A stretch of DNA of 64,000 bases from Macrostomum hystrix (GCA_950097015.1 CATNEN010000038.1:23622001-23686000), one strand, 5' to 3'. Counted from the stretch's first letter, positions 35,201 to 48,700 are shown. Numbers and translations: made by a program. Notes: a model not told the origin generated them from the sequence alone.

Positions 35201-37678
35201 TTAATCATATCAATTTTAGTCGCACATTTTGGCTGCTAAAACTGTAGCCAATTGTCTGCGAACCTCGCTGGGACCCAAGGGCCTTGACAAGTTGATGGTT
35301 AGCCAAGATGGCGACATCACTGTCACTAACGATGGTCGCACCATCCTTGAAAAGATGGATGTTGATCACGAGATCGCTAAACTGATGGTGCAGCTTAGCA
35401 AGTCGCAGGACGATGAGATTGGCGATGGTACTACTGGTAAGAAAATTGCTATAATTGTGTCTAACAGATAATTCTTTAGTGTCTAACATAATTGCAATTA
35501 ATTATAAACAGTTTCTCAAAGAGAAAAGGGGCCAAGTAACTAACCAGTGTCTAACCAAAATAGCTCTCGAATCTAATTGTCTTTACACTTAAGTGTCCAA
35601 CTTTATTTTCTAAAAACCAATCTAGGCGTTGTTGTCCTTGCCGGAGCTCTGCTAGAACAAGCCGAAGTTCTGCTAGACAAGGGCATCCACGCTACACGCA
35701 TCGCCGAAGGCTACGAACAGGCGGCCGCCATCGCCATTCGCCATCTTGAGTCGATCGCCGATACGTTTGAGTTTAGTCGCGAGAATAAGCAGCCCCTAAT
35801 TGAGACGGCTATGACCACACTGGGCTCTAAGATTGTTAACCGATTGCATCAGAAATTCGCCGAGATTGCCGTCGACGCCGTACTGTCCGTTGCCGACTTC
35901 GATCGCAAAGATGTCGACTTTGAACTGATCAAAGTTGAAGGCAAAGTTGGCGGCAAATTGGAAGATTCTATGTTGATTCGCGGTGTACTAGTCGACAAGG
36001 ATATGTCGCATCCGCAGATGCCCAAACGAGTTCAGGATGCTCGAATTGCCATCTTGACCTGCCCATTTGAGCCGCCTAAGCCCAAGACTAAGCATTCTCT
36101 GCTAGTCCAAACTGTTGAAGACTACGAGAAGCTGCGAGAATATGAGCACAACAAATTCGAAGAGATGGTTGAGCAGGTCAAGGCCACTGGCGCCAATCTG
36201 GTGATCTGCCAGTGGGGCTTCGACGACGAGGCTAATCACCTGCTGTTGCACAAACAGCTGCCCGCTGTTAGATGGGTTGGCGGCCCGGAGATTGAGCTCA
36301 TTGCCATCGCCACAGGCGGCCGGATTGTGCCTAGGTTAGCAATTGTTATCCTCTCGGACTATGATTTTATAGTCTAAGCATCATTTTACTTAGCGTACTA
36401 CTTGGTCAGTAGCATTTAGCGTAACAGATTTTTACTAAAATTGTATAAACCTTTTAGATTTGAAGAGCTGACAGCCGAGAAGCTTGGCCGGGCCGGCCTA
36501 GTGCGCGAATTAAACTTCGGCACCACTAGAGAGCGCATGCTAGTGATTGAAGAATGCGCCAATAGTCGCGCTGTAACAATCTTTATTCGCGGCGGCAATA
36601 GTATGATTGTTGAAGAAGCCAAAAGATCGGTGCATGACGCTCTGTGCGTTGTGAGGAATCTGGTGCGCGATTCGCGCATCGTCTATGGCGGCGGCGCTGC
36701 TGAACTGGCCTGCTCGCAGAAGGTCTGTTTATTTATTGTTATTTAGCAAGGACTTATAAATATAGTATCACTGAAATAGTTTTCATTAAGTAACTTTAGG
36801 ACATAGAAACTAATTGTGATTCAAAAGCTGGCATTTCAGGGTATGAGTGGCAGTTAATTTGCTTCTAGCACAAATGTCCCTGAGCCCGTTTCCGCGGCGA
36901 GGTCACATAATTTGGGGACTTGTGGTGCAATTTACGCATTTGAGGGGAGATTTCTAAGGCAGTGAGAGTGTACATTTTCTTCCACTTTCCTCGCCAGGTG
37001 ATGCAAGTGGCTGACACTGAAACACCCGGCCTAGAGCAGTACGCTATGCGCGCTTTCGCCGAAGCCTGCGAATCCATCGTTCTAGCTCTGGCTGATAATT
37101 CCGGCTTTCCGCCAATTGAAACCCTTGGCGAATTGAAGGCTCGCCACGCTATCGAGAATAATCCCAGGCTGGGCGTCGACTGTCTGCAGCGTGGCACCAA
37201 CGACATGCGCGAACAGAAGGTGGGAATTTGAATTGGCTGCTATTGAAGTCTGATTGGCTATTGTCGATTTCATTATTATTTGCATACCCGTCTTCTGTTT
37301 TCTGATTGGCTAGTTGACTTTGTTATCCTTTTGATAATCCTTCACCCACCTCCCTCCTTTCTTCTGATTGGCTAGTCGGTTTATCAAGAAGATCAACCCT
37401 TCTCTCTTCTGATTTGTTCAGTCTATTGATTACCACCCACCTCGCTCCTGCCTCTTCTGATTTGCCAGGCGGTTGTTAGCATCAACCTCTCTACTGATTT
37501 TACAGTTCTACATCTAATAACACCAGATAAAATTTCTCAACTTTCTCAGGTTATTGAAACTTTGAGCAGCAAGCGAGCCCAAATCCTGCTCGCCGTTCAG
37601 CTGTGCAAGATGATCCTGAAGATTGACGACATCCGCGCTATGGAGGACAAGCAGGAGTTCAGCTATCCAATGGGCTAA
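32283..37678 (+). CDS. CCT5: T-complex protein 1 subunit epsilon (chaperonin CCT5), 6 exons
   Basis: Exons 32283-32396, 35220-35436, 35626-36334, 36458-36722, 36998-37219, 37550-37678. Motifs [46 protein letters not shown]. Confidence 0.97.
32866..33316. mobile_element. Degenerate MITE-like element in CCT5 intron 1
   Basis: Imperfect ~45-bp inverted repeats: AACCGAACA..TGTATCTTCAAAACCGAACA on the left and TGTTTGGTTTGAAGATACA..TGTTCGGTT on the right. Confidence 0.45.
34221..34788. mobile_element. Probable solo LTR (568 bp) in CCT5 intron 1
   Basis: TG...CA ends with an 8-bp imperfect inverted repeat (TGTAACAG / CTGCTACA) and a 4-bp direct repeat TTAT on both flanks. Confidence 0.65.
36840..36975 (+). 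mobile_element. Degenerate SINE family A, copy 5
   Basis: Shares CGGCGAGGTCACAT..TTTGGGG..CTTGT.GTGCAATTTACGC..TTGAGGG with 4454-4532. Confidence 0.6.
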
Positions 37679-38581
37679 GATCATAAATTCAACTAAGGGA
37701 TTTCTTGAAGCCATCACACAAACAATGGACTGATTTCGCATCAACAAAATATCCAATGTTTTTTAATTATTAAGTGTAAACTTTCACTGTCTCTTACTCG
37801 CTTGTTTTCTACCGTTTTTTATTACTAAAAACTATTTTTGTTAGCTTATATAGCTAAGCAGGCAGACAAACACACACACGCAGTTGAAGCTTGAACCTTT
37901 TTTTGCTAGACTAGACTTTATAGAATTCATAATTATTTAAGCAGTGTTGACTCAAATAAGCACGGTATTGACTTCGTGCTTGTTAATGTTCGATTGTTGG
38001 CCCATCTTAAGGAATTAATCCCCGATCTAAATATTTCCTCAATTTTTCTTTAAACAAAATGTTAGCAAAAAAACCAGTAAAATCTGTTATATTCAGAAAT
38101 ACTTTATGTAGCAAGGAAACTACAGTTAAAAGCTGATAAATAAAAGTGCACAAGACAAAGTTAGCTCCAGCTTGTTAGCTAGCCCCCCATAATCTCCCAA
38201 TTCTTTTCAATAAGCCAGCTTTCTCCCAAACCGCCCAGTTTTGCTATTCGTCTTGGATTAACATTGTTTGTTGTGCTTGTGCACTCATTTATTTTATTTA
38301 TTTTCTAGGTTTTATGACTCAATACTCATGTCAGTTATATAACCCACTACTTATGTAGGATTATGATCCATTACTCATGTAGATTCTATGACCCACTACT
38401 CATGTGGGTTCTCTGACCCACTACTCATGTGGGTTCTATGACCCGCTACTCAAGTGGGTTCTCTGACCCACTACTCATGTGGGTTCTATGACCCACTACT
38501 CATGTGGGTTCTATGACCCGCTACTCAAGTGGGTTCTCTGACCCACTACTCATGTGGGTTCTATGACCCACTACTCATGTA

Positions 38582-40335
38582 CGAGGGGTGTTTCAAAAGT
38601 AACGAGAATTTAGTCATAACTTTTTAATGGATAAACTTTTTAACTTGAAATTTTTACCCGATAATTTTGCAAATATGGACAGCACACAGCTTCAGTTGCA
38701 ACCCTGTCGGTCTACATGCACCAGTGAAATCGCACATTGAAGTCCAGACCTCGAGATTAAAAATTACGATTTTTGTCTGTGGAAAATAGTGAACAGGTGA
38801 ACGTGTTTGTTGTGTCAAAAATCAGCGCCTTCGTCCATTTCTTCAGCGATTTCAGCACGCTCCACAAAGCTGCCATCGAGCTGGATACATTTCTCATAGC
38901 GATGCAGCAGTTTGTCGATTCCCTCCCCCCAAAAACTCGCAGGCAGCGCATGGAGAGATTCGTTGGCCGCCGCAATGACTTCCTGTCGACTGGTGAAGAC
39001 GCGACCTCGCATGGGCTTCTTCATTACTCCAAACAAGTGAAAGTCAGCAATGGCGAGGTCTGGTGAATAAGGTGGATGATTAAGCAGCCGAAAGCCGAGC
39101 TCTTCCACTTTCCTTGTGGTGGCCGCGGCGACGTGAGGGCGAGCGTTGTCCCACAAGATGAAGGGCCTGGCGCGCATGATGCGTCGCTTCTGGAGGATGA
39201 CTTCACGCAGACGAGCAACTTGATCTTGCACGTATGCAGCATTGATGGTGGCCTTGTCTGGCAGGTAGTCGACCATCAGAACCCCACAGGCCTCAAACCA
39301 CATGGTGCACATGATGTTGCGTGTCCATGCCGACTTCATTGGCTTTGTGTGCGGCTGACGGCCCCTGGGCCCCCACTGCATGGACAGCTGCTTAGTCAGT
39401 GGATTAAACATTGGCAGTGGTGTCTCATCAATACTGATGAGAAGTCGTTTAAACTCCTGATCACCAAGTTGCTGCCACAACTGCAAGTTCTCCGTTGCAC
39501 ATTGAATTCGCTTTCTTTTGTGGTCCAGGGTCAACTCACGCGGCACCCACTTGGCACAGACTCTCGACCAGTTTATTTCCTTGAGGATGCGGCTCACAGA
39601 AGCAATGGAGATGCTACAGACCTCCTCAACTTCACGCAATGTGGCAGAAGGATTGGCGCAGAGGTAATCACGGACAATCTGTTTGCTGTTGTCATCCGTT
39701 GACGTGCGGGGGCGACCTGACCTCGGCGCGTCACCACATCCTGTAGCACCCTCGCGGAACGCCTTGCAGTGAGCATAAACCCGCGCTTGCGATAGTGCCT
39801 GATCTCCAAATGCCTGGTTCAGGTCCCGAGCGATATCGCATGGCTTCTTTCCAAGTTGAACCAGACCAGCGATAAAATGCCGTTGTCCTTCCTTTGATCC
39901 AATTTCTGAATGATCTTTCGGTCGTTCCATAGTCTCACTTGAAAGCACTTTTCAGTCAAGTCTCTCAGTCAAGCATTTGCAATTTTGAGCAGCCTATGCA
40001 GCTTAAAAAACATAAATTCCTAGGCAACTTTGCCCATAAACAGCAGACACCGGAGACAGTATCAGAAGCAGCTGAGTGCATCAGCAGCATCATTAGCAGT
40101 TTTCAAGTTCTAAGCAAGTTCTCAGGTAAATAGACCACAGACAAAAATCGTAATTTTTAATCTCGAGGTCTGGACTTTAATGTGAGATTTCACTAGTGCA
40201 TGTAGAGCGATAGAGTTGCAACTGAAGCTGTGTGCTGTCCATATTTGCAAAATTATCGGGTAAAAATTTCAAGTTAAAAAGTTTATCCATTAAAAAGTTA
40301 TGACTAAATTCTCGTTACTTTTGAAACACCCCTCG
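38582..40335 (-). mobile_element. Full-length mariner (DD34D) DNA transposon, 1754 bp, ~201-bp TIRs, TA target-site duplication
   Basis: TA at 38580-81 and 40336-37; TIRs at 38582-38782 and 40135-40335; intact transposase ORF inside. Confidence 0.96.
38815..39930 (-). CDS. Mariner transposase, ~371 aa from the first ATG
   Basis: HTH region with RSGRP, WVPREL, catalytic IDET / WDNARPH / YSPDLAIAD, with 34 residues between D2 and D3. Confidence 0.96.
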   Translation of the reverse strand: MERPKDHSEIGSKEGQRHFIAGLVQLGKKPCDIARDLNQAFGDQALSQARVYAHCKAFREGATGCGDAPRSGRPRTSTDDNSKQIVRDYLCANPSATLREVEEVCSISIASVSRILKEINWSRVCAKWVPRELTLDHKRKRIQCATENLQLWQQLGDQEFKRLLISIDETPLPMFNPLTKQLSMQWGPRGRQPHTKPMKSAWTRNIMCTMWFEACGVLMVDYLPDKATINAAYVQDQVARLREVILQKRRIMRARPFILWDNARPHVAAATTRKVEELGFRLLNHPPYSPDLAIADFHLFGVMKKPMRGRVFTSRQEVIAAANESLHALPASFWGEGIDKLLHRYEKCIQLDGSFVERAEIAEEMDEGADF

Positions 40336-41509
40336 TAGGTTCTATGACCCACTACTCATGTAGATTCTATGACCCACTACTCATGTGGGTTCTATGACCC
40401 GCTACTCAAGTGGGTTCTATGACCCACTACTCAAGTGGGTTCTCTGACCCACTACTCATGTGGGTTCTATGACCCGCTACTCAAGTGGGTTCTCTGACCC
40501 ACTACTCAAGTGGGTTCTCTGACCCACTACTCATGTGGGTTCTATGACCCGCTACTCAAGTGGGTTCTCTGACCCACTACTCATTTAGGTTCTATGACCC
40601 ACTACTCATGTATGTTCTATGACCCACTACTCATGTAGGTTCTTTGACCCACTACTCATTTAGGATATATGACCCACTATTCAAATGGGTTATATGACCC
40701 ACTACTCATCTAGTTTCTATGACCCACTACTCATGTAGTTTCTATCACCCACTACTCATGTGGGTTCTATGACCCACTACTCATGTAGGTTCTATGACCC
40801 ACTACTCATGTAGGTTCTATGACCCACTACTCATGTAGGTTATATGACCCACTACTCATGTATGTTCTATGACCCACTACTCATGTAGGTTCTTTGACCC
40901 ACTACTCATTTAGGATATATGACCCACTATTCAAATGGGTTATATGACCCACTACTCATCTAGTTTCTATGACCCACTACTCATGTAGTTTCTATCACCC
41001 ACTACTCATGTGGGTTCTATGACCCACTACTCATGTAGGTTCTATGACCCACTACTCATGTAGGTTCTATGACCCACTACTCATGTAGGTTATATGACCC
41101 ACTACTCATGTAGGTTATATGACCCACTACTCATTTAGGTTCTATGACCCACTACTCATTTAGGTTATATGACCCACTACTCATTTAGGTTCTATGACCC
41201 ACTACTCATTTAGGTTCTATGACCCACTACTCATGTAGGTTCTATGACCCACTACTCATGTAGGTTTTATGACCCACTACTCATGTAGGTTATATGACCC
41301 ACTACTCATGTAGTTTCTATGACCCACTACTCATGTAGGTAGTGGATAGTATGCACGAACCACGCAGTGTGTAGTCTGATTCGAGAATATTTTTGTTGAG
41401 TTTTAAATGTTGTATAAAAATTTGCAGCCATAAAAAATATTAATCAGCCCTAACAGTGAGTTATAACGGCATTTAATAAAACAACAATTCTATCAAGCAG
41501 TCCGGTGAC

Positions 41510-43175
41510 ATGAGTAGCCGTTTGCAGGCTAGACTAGACGACGCCCTTGCCTCTGGTCAATTCTACGAGGCTCAACAGCTCTATAGGACGCTTAGTTTTC
41601 GTCTAATTAGTAGGAAGCAATTTGATGAAGCTGCCAACCTGCTGTATACAGGAGCCACAGCGTTGCTAAAAGAAGGATTGTACGAAAGCGGCGGCGATCT
41701 AGCCTGCCAGATGGTGTCAGTCCAGGCTCAATCCGATGCGTCTCCATTGCCAGAGTTTGTTACTAGAGTGTCGGCCCTGTGTCGCCTCATGAAGCCGGGA
41801 TCTCCAGAGAGGGAACTGTTTACTACTAAGTAAGTGACATTTTTTAATTACACCATGCTTAGTATCTACGGTTCGCTTTAATACTTCCTAATATTAGGCC
41901 TGTCTGTAGTCATCTGTAATTTTTAAGCCTCATTAAACTCACCTGTTACGAGTACTTATCATTCCTAATGAACTCTATTTAGGAAATGACCCATTCCTAA
42001 TTACCTTCTTTATTTAGGAAATGACCCATTACTAGTGACCTCTACTTAGGAAATGACCCATTACTAATGACCTTCTCTACTTAGGAAATGACCCATTACT
42101 AATGACCTTCTCTACTTAGGAAATGACCCATTACTAATGACCTTCTCTACTTAGGAAATAAGACATTCCTAGTGACCTTCTCTACTTAGGAAATGAGACA
42201 TTCCTAGTGACCTTCTCTACTTAGGAAATGACACATTCCTAGTGACCTTCTCTACTTAGGAAATGACACATTCCTAATGACCTTCTCTACTTAGGAAATA
42301 ACCCATTACTAATGACCTTCTCTACTTAGGAAATGACCCATTACTAATGACATTCTCTACTTAGGAAAAGACGCATTCCTAATGACCTTCTCTATTTAGG
42401 AAATGACCCATTTCTAATGACCTTCTCTACTTAGGAAATGACCCATTTTTAATGACTTCGCATAAAGTCGATATTGGCGAAAGACGAATAGTTAGTGACC
42501 TCTTTATCTGCGACCCGCAGATCGCTGGAACTATTGAAAACGCACACAGAATTAAAGCAGCAGCTTCACAGAGAATTCGGCTTCAATTATTGGCTGGAGC
42601 GCAACTACAGCCTATCCCAGTATCATTTTGTGCGATCAAACGATGCAGGCTATCATGTCGGTCGCATGCTGGTTGAATATAGCCAATTGGGCTACAAATC
42701 CGAAGTAGACATCTTCCTAGCCTTGTCCATTCTGCAGCTATTGTGCTTCAAGAAATTAACTCCAGCTTCCGTCTGTTTCTACACCTACACCAGGCATCAT
42801 CCAGTCTTGTCTGGCAATCAGTCGCCTCCCTATTCGTCCAAGTATCCGCTATTGAATTTTACCTGGCTATTGTTAGTTGCAATTAGATCTAAATGGCCAT
42901 TGTCGTGTTTTCACCACCTGTGCCTGGTGTATAGCTTGCCGCTAGATCGCGACCCCATATGCGCCGATTATTTAACAAAGATTGGCGAATTATACTTTGG
43001 CTTACCGTCGGCCAAGTCGAATCCGTCTGGTGATCTGTTTGGCAGCCTGATGCGCATGCTGGCTGCTGACGATGTCGACGATGCCAACGAACAATCTAGA
43101 CGAAATGACGACGAAGGCGCGACAGGCGGCGGCGGCAAGACGGCCTCTCCGTTTAAAGTCGACGAAATGGACTAA
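41510..43175 (+). CDS. GET4: Golgi to ER traffic protein 4 homolog, 2 exons, ~324 aa
   Basis: Exons 41510-41829 and 42521-43175 (phase 2). Motifs GQFYEAQQLYRTL, SGGDLA, PLLNF, YLTKIGELYFG. Confidence 0.93.
41955..42457. repeat. 35-bp minisatellite (TTAGGAAATGACCCATTACTAATGACCTTCTCTAC) in the GET4 intron
   Basis: Directly visible. Confidence 0.94.
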
Positions 43176-43367
43176 ATTGACAAATTAAAATTATAAGTCA
43201 GCTTCTTTATGCTTTTGTTCATCTTAAGTTAGTTTGTCTAACTTATGTTAGTGAGTTAGTTAGCGTCAGTTATAAAACTTGCCCCAATAAAGTTTTTGAT
43301 TCTATCGTTAATTTTGATTTTTGCTCGGTGTTGTCTAAATAAAATTATTCTATTTAACTAATTTCTA

Positions 43368-43578
43368 ATTGATTACACCTACCACAATCGGGTCCATGGA
43401 CTAGGGGGGGCGCCAAACTCACTCTCAATTATCCCAGCTAATGCTGGTACCCATTCAACATCTGGGTGAACTGAAGCAATGTAGTTACTTGTCTTGCTTA
43501 AAGACAAATTGTTTCAGTGAAGTGTCGGGATCCGAACCCCTGACCTTGAGTCCGACGCTCTAACCACTAGTCTACAAC
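43368..43578 (-). mobile_element. tRNA-headed SINE family B (CORE-like central domain), copy 1
   Basis: The minus strand reads TAGTGGTTAGAGCG (A box) ... GGTTCGGATCC (B box) ... CTTCAGTTCACCCAGATGTTGAATGGGTACC; homologous to 56336-56628. Confidence 0.75.
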
Positions 43579-45757
43579 CCGTCTATTTAAAAATGATGTA
43601 ATAGTAGTCGATGTTCCCTTCAATAAAAATATCGATTAAAATAATCGTTTTTCTGTCGAAATCAGCCGATTTCGTCGAAAATTGGCTTGGTGAAATGTAA
43701 ATAACATTACTTTGTTAAGGAAATTGTTTAATTATGTTTCTATATTATATATATATATATATCTATTCATATATACTATATTGACTGGAAACTAAATTTT
43801 TGGTTAAGCGTGAAGTGTTTTACGTTGGAAATATGTTTTTCTGTGTAAAAAATCTTTGCACTGTGAGTCTATTTGCTAAAAGTAGAATATAGACGGGTAC
43901 AATGTATAATAAAGACTCACTAATCTGTGCCGCTAACTGTACTAATCGCATTCTACACAAGTAACCTAAAATTTCGAGAATGTTTTCTCGCCTCTCTCAT
44001 AGTCTAATCTAGTTTTCCTATTGTTGTTTGTCGTCTTCTCTTACGGTTTCTGTTGTCTTAAATCCGATTTTTAGTATAGTTTCAGTTTGGAATACTATTA
44101 TAATGCATGAACTGTACATGCTTTGTAGAGTTTATAGAATTTTATTAATAAAAATTAGACGGCATCCTTAACAAGAGGGTCAATTTGCCTCAAAATGTAA
44201 CAAATAAAGGTTATTATTTCGTCCTAATTTTTTTGTTTTTCATACCAATAACAAAGCGTCTTTACGGCTCAGATTGTAACATTTAGGCGCGATCGAAAAC
44301 GCAGGCGCGAAAGCGAAGTGCCCCAGCGCCGGGCCAACGATAATTACAAAAATATGGCAGCTACCTAGAGAGTGGGGCAGACAGGGGGAGCGACGCGCTC
44401 CCCGTGGGGTTGTACGCGCTGACCAGGTGGACGGGCATAGTTGAGCAGAGCTGATTGGCAGGAGTGGCAAAGCCACGCAGGGCTGGGGTACGGTTGATAG
44501 ACAACGCCCGTTTCCAACCAATCAGGTGGCAGCTCGGAGCACGCAGAGAAGGGTTGGGGGAGTAGGGCGAGACAAATGACAAGCAAACTAAACCGGCTTG
44601 ATGCAACGGCATGATGTAATTTAGTACTCGAATAAAATATATGTATATAGATAGAAGCAGTTTTTTTAGTATATAGGACTAGCCAATTTGAGACCCCACC
44701 AGGAAACTTTCGGCATTCAATTTTCATGATTAAAAATTATCAATTGATTAACTATGAGTTTTACTCAGAATAGAAAGACCACAACCTTCATAAAGTTAAT
44801 TCAAGATTGCCATAAGACAGATCCAGAAGAAAAAATAATCATTTCTGTTTTACTAGTAAACTAAGCGTCATACATAGGTATAGTTACTATTCCCAGATCT
44901 GTAAAATAAGTTAATAATATGATAGACTTTACAGTCTATTTCTCGCTTTTATTTATCTGTCTCCTGTTTCGGCCTTCTTAACAGTGAATATTTAATTTCA
45001 TCTCAGCTTGTCAGAAAAAGCTAAATCTGAACAATAGTCAAAAGCAGCGAATAAAGCAATCAGTTTAAATTGTACTACTCCAAAAGAGGCCAGAAGAAGG
45101 TACATTATGACGGTCACATTACATTTTTACAGTTATAAATATATGACTGTATTTTGCTGTCTAACTAGTCAAGTATTAATGCCATTTTAAGCAGAAATAA
45201 CTTAAAGCATTATAGATTTTAAACATAGAAGACGCAGTGACATGTTAATAAAAAAAGTAAAAGGTGGGTAATTTTTTTGGTTCTGCGTTTTGAATAACAG
45301 ATTTGTTTGACAACATACATTTATTGATACTTACAGAAGCAGCTAAATGTGTTTTGTTAGTATTTTGGCTAGCATTTCTTTTTATTTCCCACATTACATT
45401 TTTTCATTTTCAACTGTATTTTCTTGTAGTCCATTAACATCCAATGGCCTACGCAACTCAACACCCCATCCCGCCCTCACATCATCCACTACCCCATAGC
45501 ACCCCAGCTTCACATCCCCCACCAACCCAGACTCACATGAACTCCATATTGCACACTTGAGAATTTATCATGCAGTAAGAATTATTTTAAAGCAAATTTG
45601 CATAACCTGTAGAGCAAAAATTGATATGCAAATATGTATGTTTTAGTTTTAACCTATAGTTTTTTCCTAATTTGTCATCGTCGGAAGAGCAAAACATAGA
45701 AACGATATAAAAATATTGCAATTTTAGACGTCGCCTCAAAAGTAAGCAAAAAATAAA

Positions 45758-48700
45758 CTAGTTGGGGGCGAACGTAGTATTGAGCCGCGAGGCGCGAAGC
45801 GCCGAGCACCGAGGCCTCGGTAGAGGCCGAGGGGCGAAATCGGAGTGAGCCCCACCTAAGATCCAGCGTACGTAGTGAGATAGAAAACACCTCGAAAATC
45901 ACGCATTTTCAATGCATATTGGGCGCCATTTGAGACTGCCTCAACCGTTTGCCTCGCGGGTGGTGTCGTTGGGTAGGTAACTTATAGGGTTATCCGATTT
46001 ATGGCGGTTGGTTGCCATGGCAACCCGTGAGGGTTGCCATGGCAACGTAAAACTGCCATTTTTTTGGAAATCGATTTTACGCAAACTCATTTCCAGCGCA
46101 CATTTTTTCTGGCACGGAGAAAAGTTGAGACACAAAAGTTGCGGGCAGGCCTGGCCCAGGCGAGGCAGGAAAGCGATTTTTCAATTTCCTCATAGTCTAT
46201 GATAAAAGTGCAAAAAACATACTTTTAGGTACTGCTTTTTTGGGTTACATTTTCCAGCGCAGCTCCCCAAGGGCTGAATCGATTGTCACGCGGGTGGTGT
46301 CTTTTTTTTCTACTCGGTGAGTTCTTTCCAGCGAGGTGTGACTCAATGGACTGCGAGTGTACCGCGCGCCTGATATCTGATGAAGCAAGTGTAAAATATG
46401 GCGCAGCCAGATTTTACACTTGCGTGCTGCACGGTACTGCAGCTGAATGGCAGGTAGTTGCACTGCGCAAGTGGTGTCAAAAATTCGGCACGGATGCCTG
46501 CTACACGACGCTTTGCAAGGCGACTCTATGCAATGCACGGTTATCAAGCAGTACTGGGAAATGCAGTGCAAAACGTGCATTTTTGCCGTTTTCTCGAAAA
46601 TGCATGCCGACCTTGGTGGAGTCAAAAATTTTTTTTTCGAAGACAAACAGTCGGACAGCTTAGCCGCAAGCGATGTAGTATGCACAACATTAGGGCACAT
46701 GACATACTGAGTCGGCGTTGATAAAAGTACATCGCAAGTGTATTAAAAGTACATAATAGTGCACATACACTTTCGTGAAAAATTTGTATTTTTCTCCTTT
46801 CGACGCGCGCATTTCGCGAAATCCGGCTCCGAATTTGTCGAATGATGCGTCAATCTACTGGAAATATTGTTTTGCGTCTAACAAGATATTGCGCGCACCT
46901 TTCGGCCCTACCCGGGCTGAGAAAGTCCACCCAGACTGGTGAAAGGTCGGGTTCGGGACCGGTGCAGACTTTGCTGTGCTCAAACCTACGGCTGAAGGCG
47001 AAAAGGGCGTAATACTCCTTGAGCTTGGTATTTAAAGATGCACATCCCATGTGGGTATATGGAAAAAATACTGCCGTCGATACACGTATTACCTGTTAGG
47101 ATTAGTACCTGAAAATGTAATTATGCACAGCGTGTACATTGTGCATATTTGTGTGTACTTTTGTGTATAAGTCTGCGAATTCCTGATGGCTTTAAGCGCG
47201 GATGGCTTCAATCGACGCGGAATGTTGTCTACATTCCAACGACATCTCACACGGCTAGATTGGTTAACGTGTGTCGTGTCTGGATCCTATTGAGTACATG
47301 AAGGTAAGGGGTACAAATTTTGGACACTATCATTTTTGAAGCATCCGTTATTTGCTATTGAAAGATTTTGCAAGTTCCGTTGATGATAAACAGTATCTGT
47401 GGTAGTTAAACTTTTTTTGGTTGCTTGCCGTTTGGCAAACGGTTTTCATTTTGATGATTAAATCCTAAATGATTGCAACTTTTTTAGCTTCTTCATTGAT
47501 ATAAACCGACCGCCTTGCAGAAAATGCTTGCGTCGAGATTTTTGAATAGCTTTTATTAAAACAAGTGCATATTCAGTTTCTGCATTTTTTGTGCATCTAA
47601 ATGCAGGAAGGAATGTAGCAGTCAGTAGAAATCACCTTATGTTGTATTTCCTTTTAGCGCGCACGTCTTTGTGTCGTTGAAACTTTTTATTTGAACATTA
47701 TCGCCTTTCAGGACGTGTTTTGACGCTTGTCACATCACACACGCGCAGGCCTTTGATTTGTCTGGGTTTTTTTACTTTTGCATGGATAATGTAATTGATG
47801 CGCATTTAAATGTCGGTCTTCATTGTCGTGTTGATAATGTCGATTATACTCTTTTATTGACTCACTTCTTGCAGTATTCGAAAGTATATGCCATATGCAC
47901 AAAAAGTGCATTTATATTCTCTTACAAAGTCTTATTAATAATGTTCAATACGTAGGATGCCTTTTTATTGAATTAACACTATGTTACAGTCATCACAAAT
48001 TTTGTGCAAGTGATGACATCTTAGATATTTAAATTCAGGTCAAAAAGTCTGCTTCAAGCTGTGTAATATTTTCCCTATCTTTTCTATGCATTTATACTTA
48101 ATTGCTTTTAATGTACTTGGCCAGTCATATGAATCATTATTCTCCTTTATAAATTTGCTCTAGCACATAATGGTGCTATTGTAAGATTAGTTTTAATCTA
48201 ATTAAAAAAATGTCTTAGCCAGCCCTCAATAGGCCTAGTCAATTTAATTTTGCATTTAAATTGCATTTAATTGCTGCTTATATGCTGTGCATATAGCCTC
48301 CACTTTTCAAGTCATCGAATCGCTTTTTAATTGTGTAAATTTCGCTGATTGTATTCCAGTTGCATGCAGTAATTTGGAATTTCATTCAAGTTTAATAAAT
48401 GGCTGGCTTGTTTGTATCGTACGTTCCCTTGTTGACATGTCAGTTGCATTCGTTTGCTTAGATTGCAATTAATACGAGTATGTTGCTGCTCCGTTTGCAT
48501 TACATTTTTTGCATTAAATTGCTTTGATTGTACTTCAGTGGTTGAATCATTCCGTTGATTGCACTCTGTTTGTTGAATTGTTGCCTTGATTGCAGTCCAG
48601 TTGTTGCATTGTTTCGTCAATTGCAGTGTAGTGGTGTAACTTGAAATTGGCATAGTTTACTGCAGTTGTGTGTATGATTAGGGGCACAAGGCAGCCATAT

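Larger units (their letters stand above)
38310..41342. repeat. 25-bp minisatellite (GACCCACTACTCATGTAGGTTCTAT) interrupted by a mariner
   Basis: Arrays at 38310-38580 and 40336-41342 are in register across the insertion (CATG-TA-GGTTC). Confidence 0.96.

Noticed and set aside
39076-39702. 208-aa plus-strand ORF within the mariner
   Set aside because: Antisense shadow of the transposase with no recognisable motifs.
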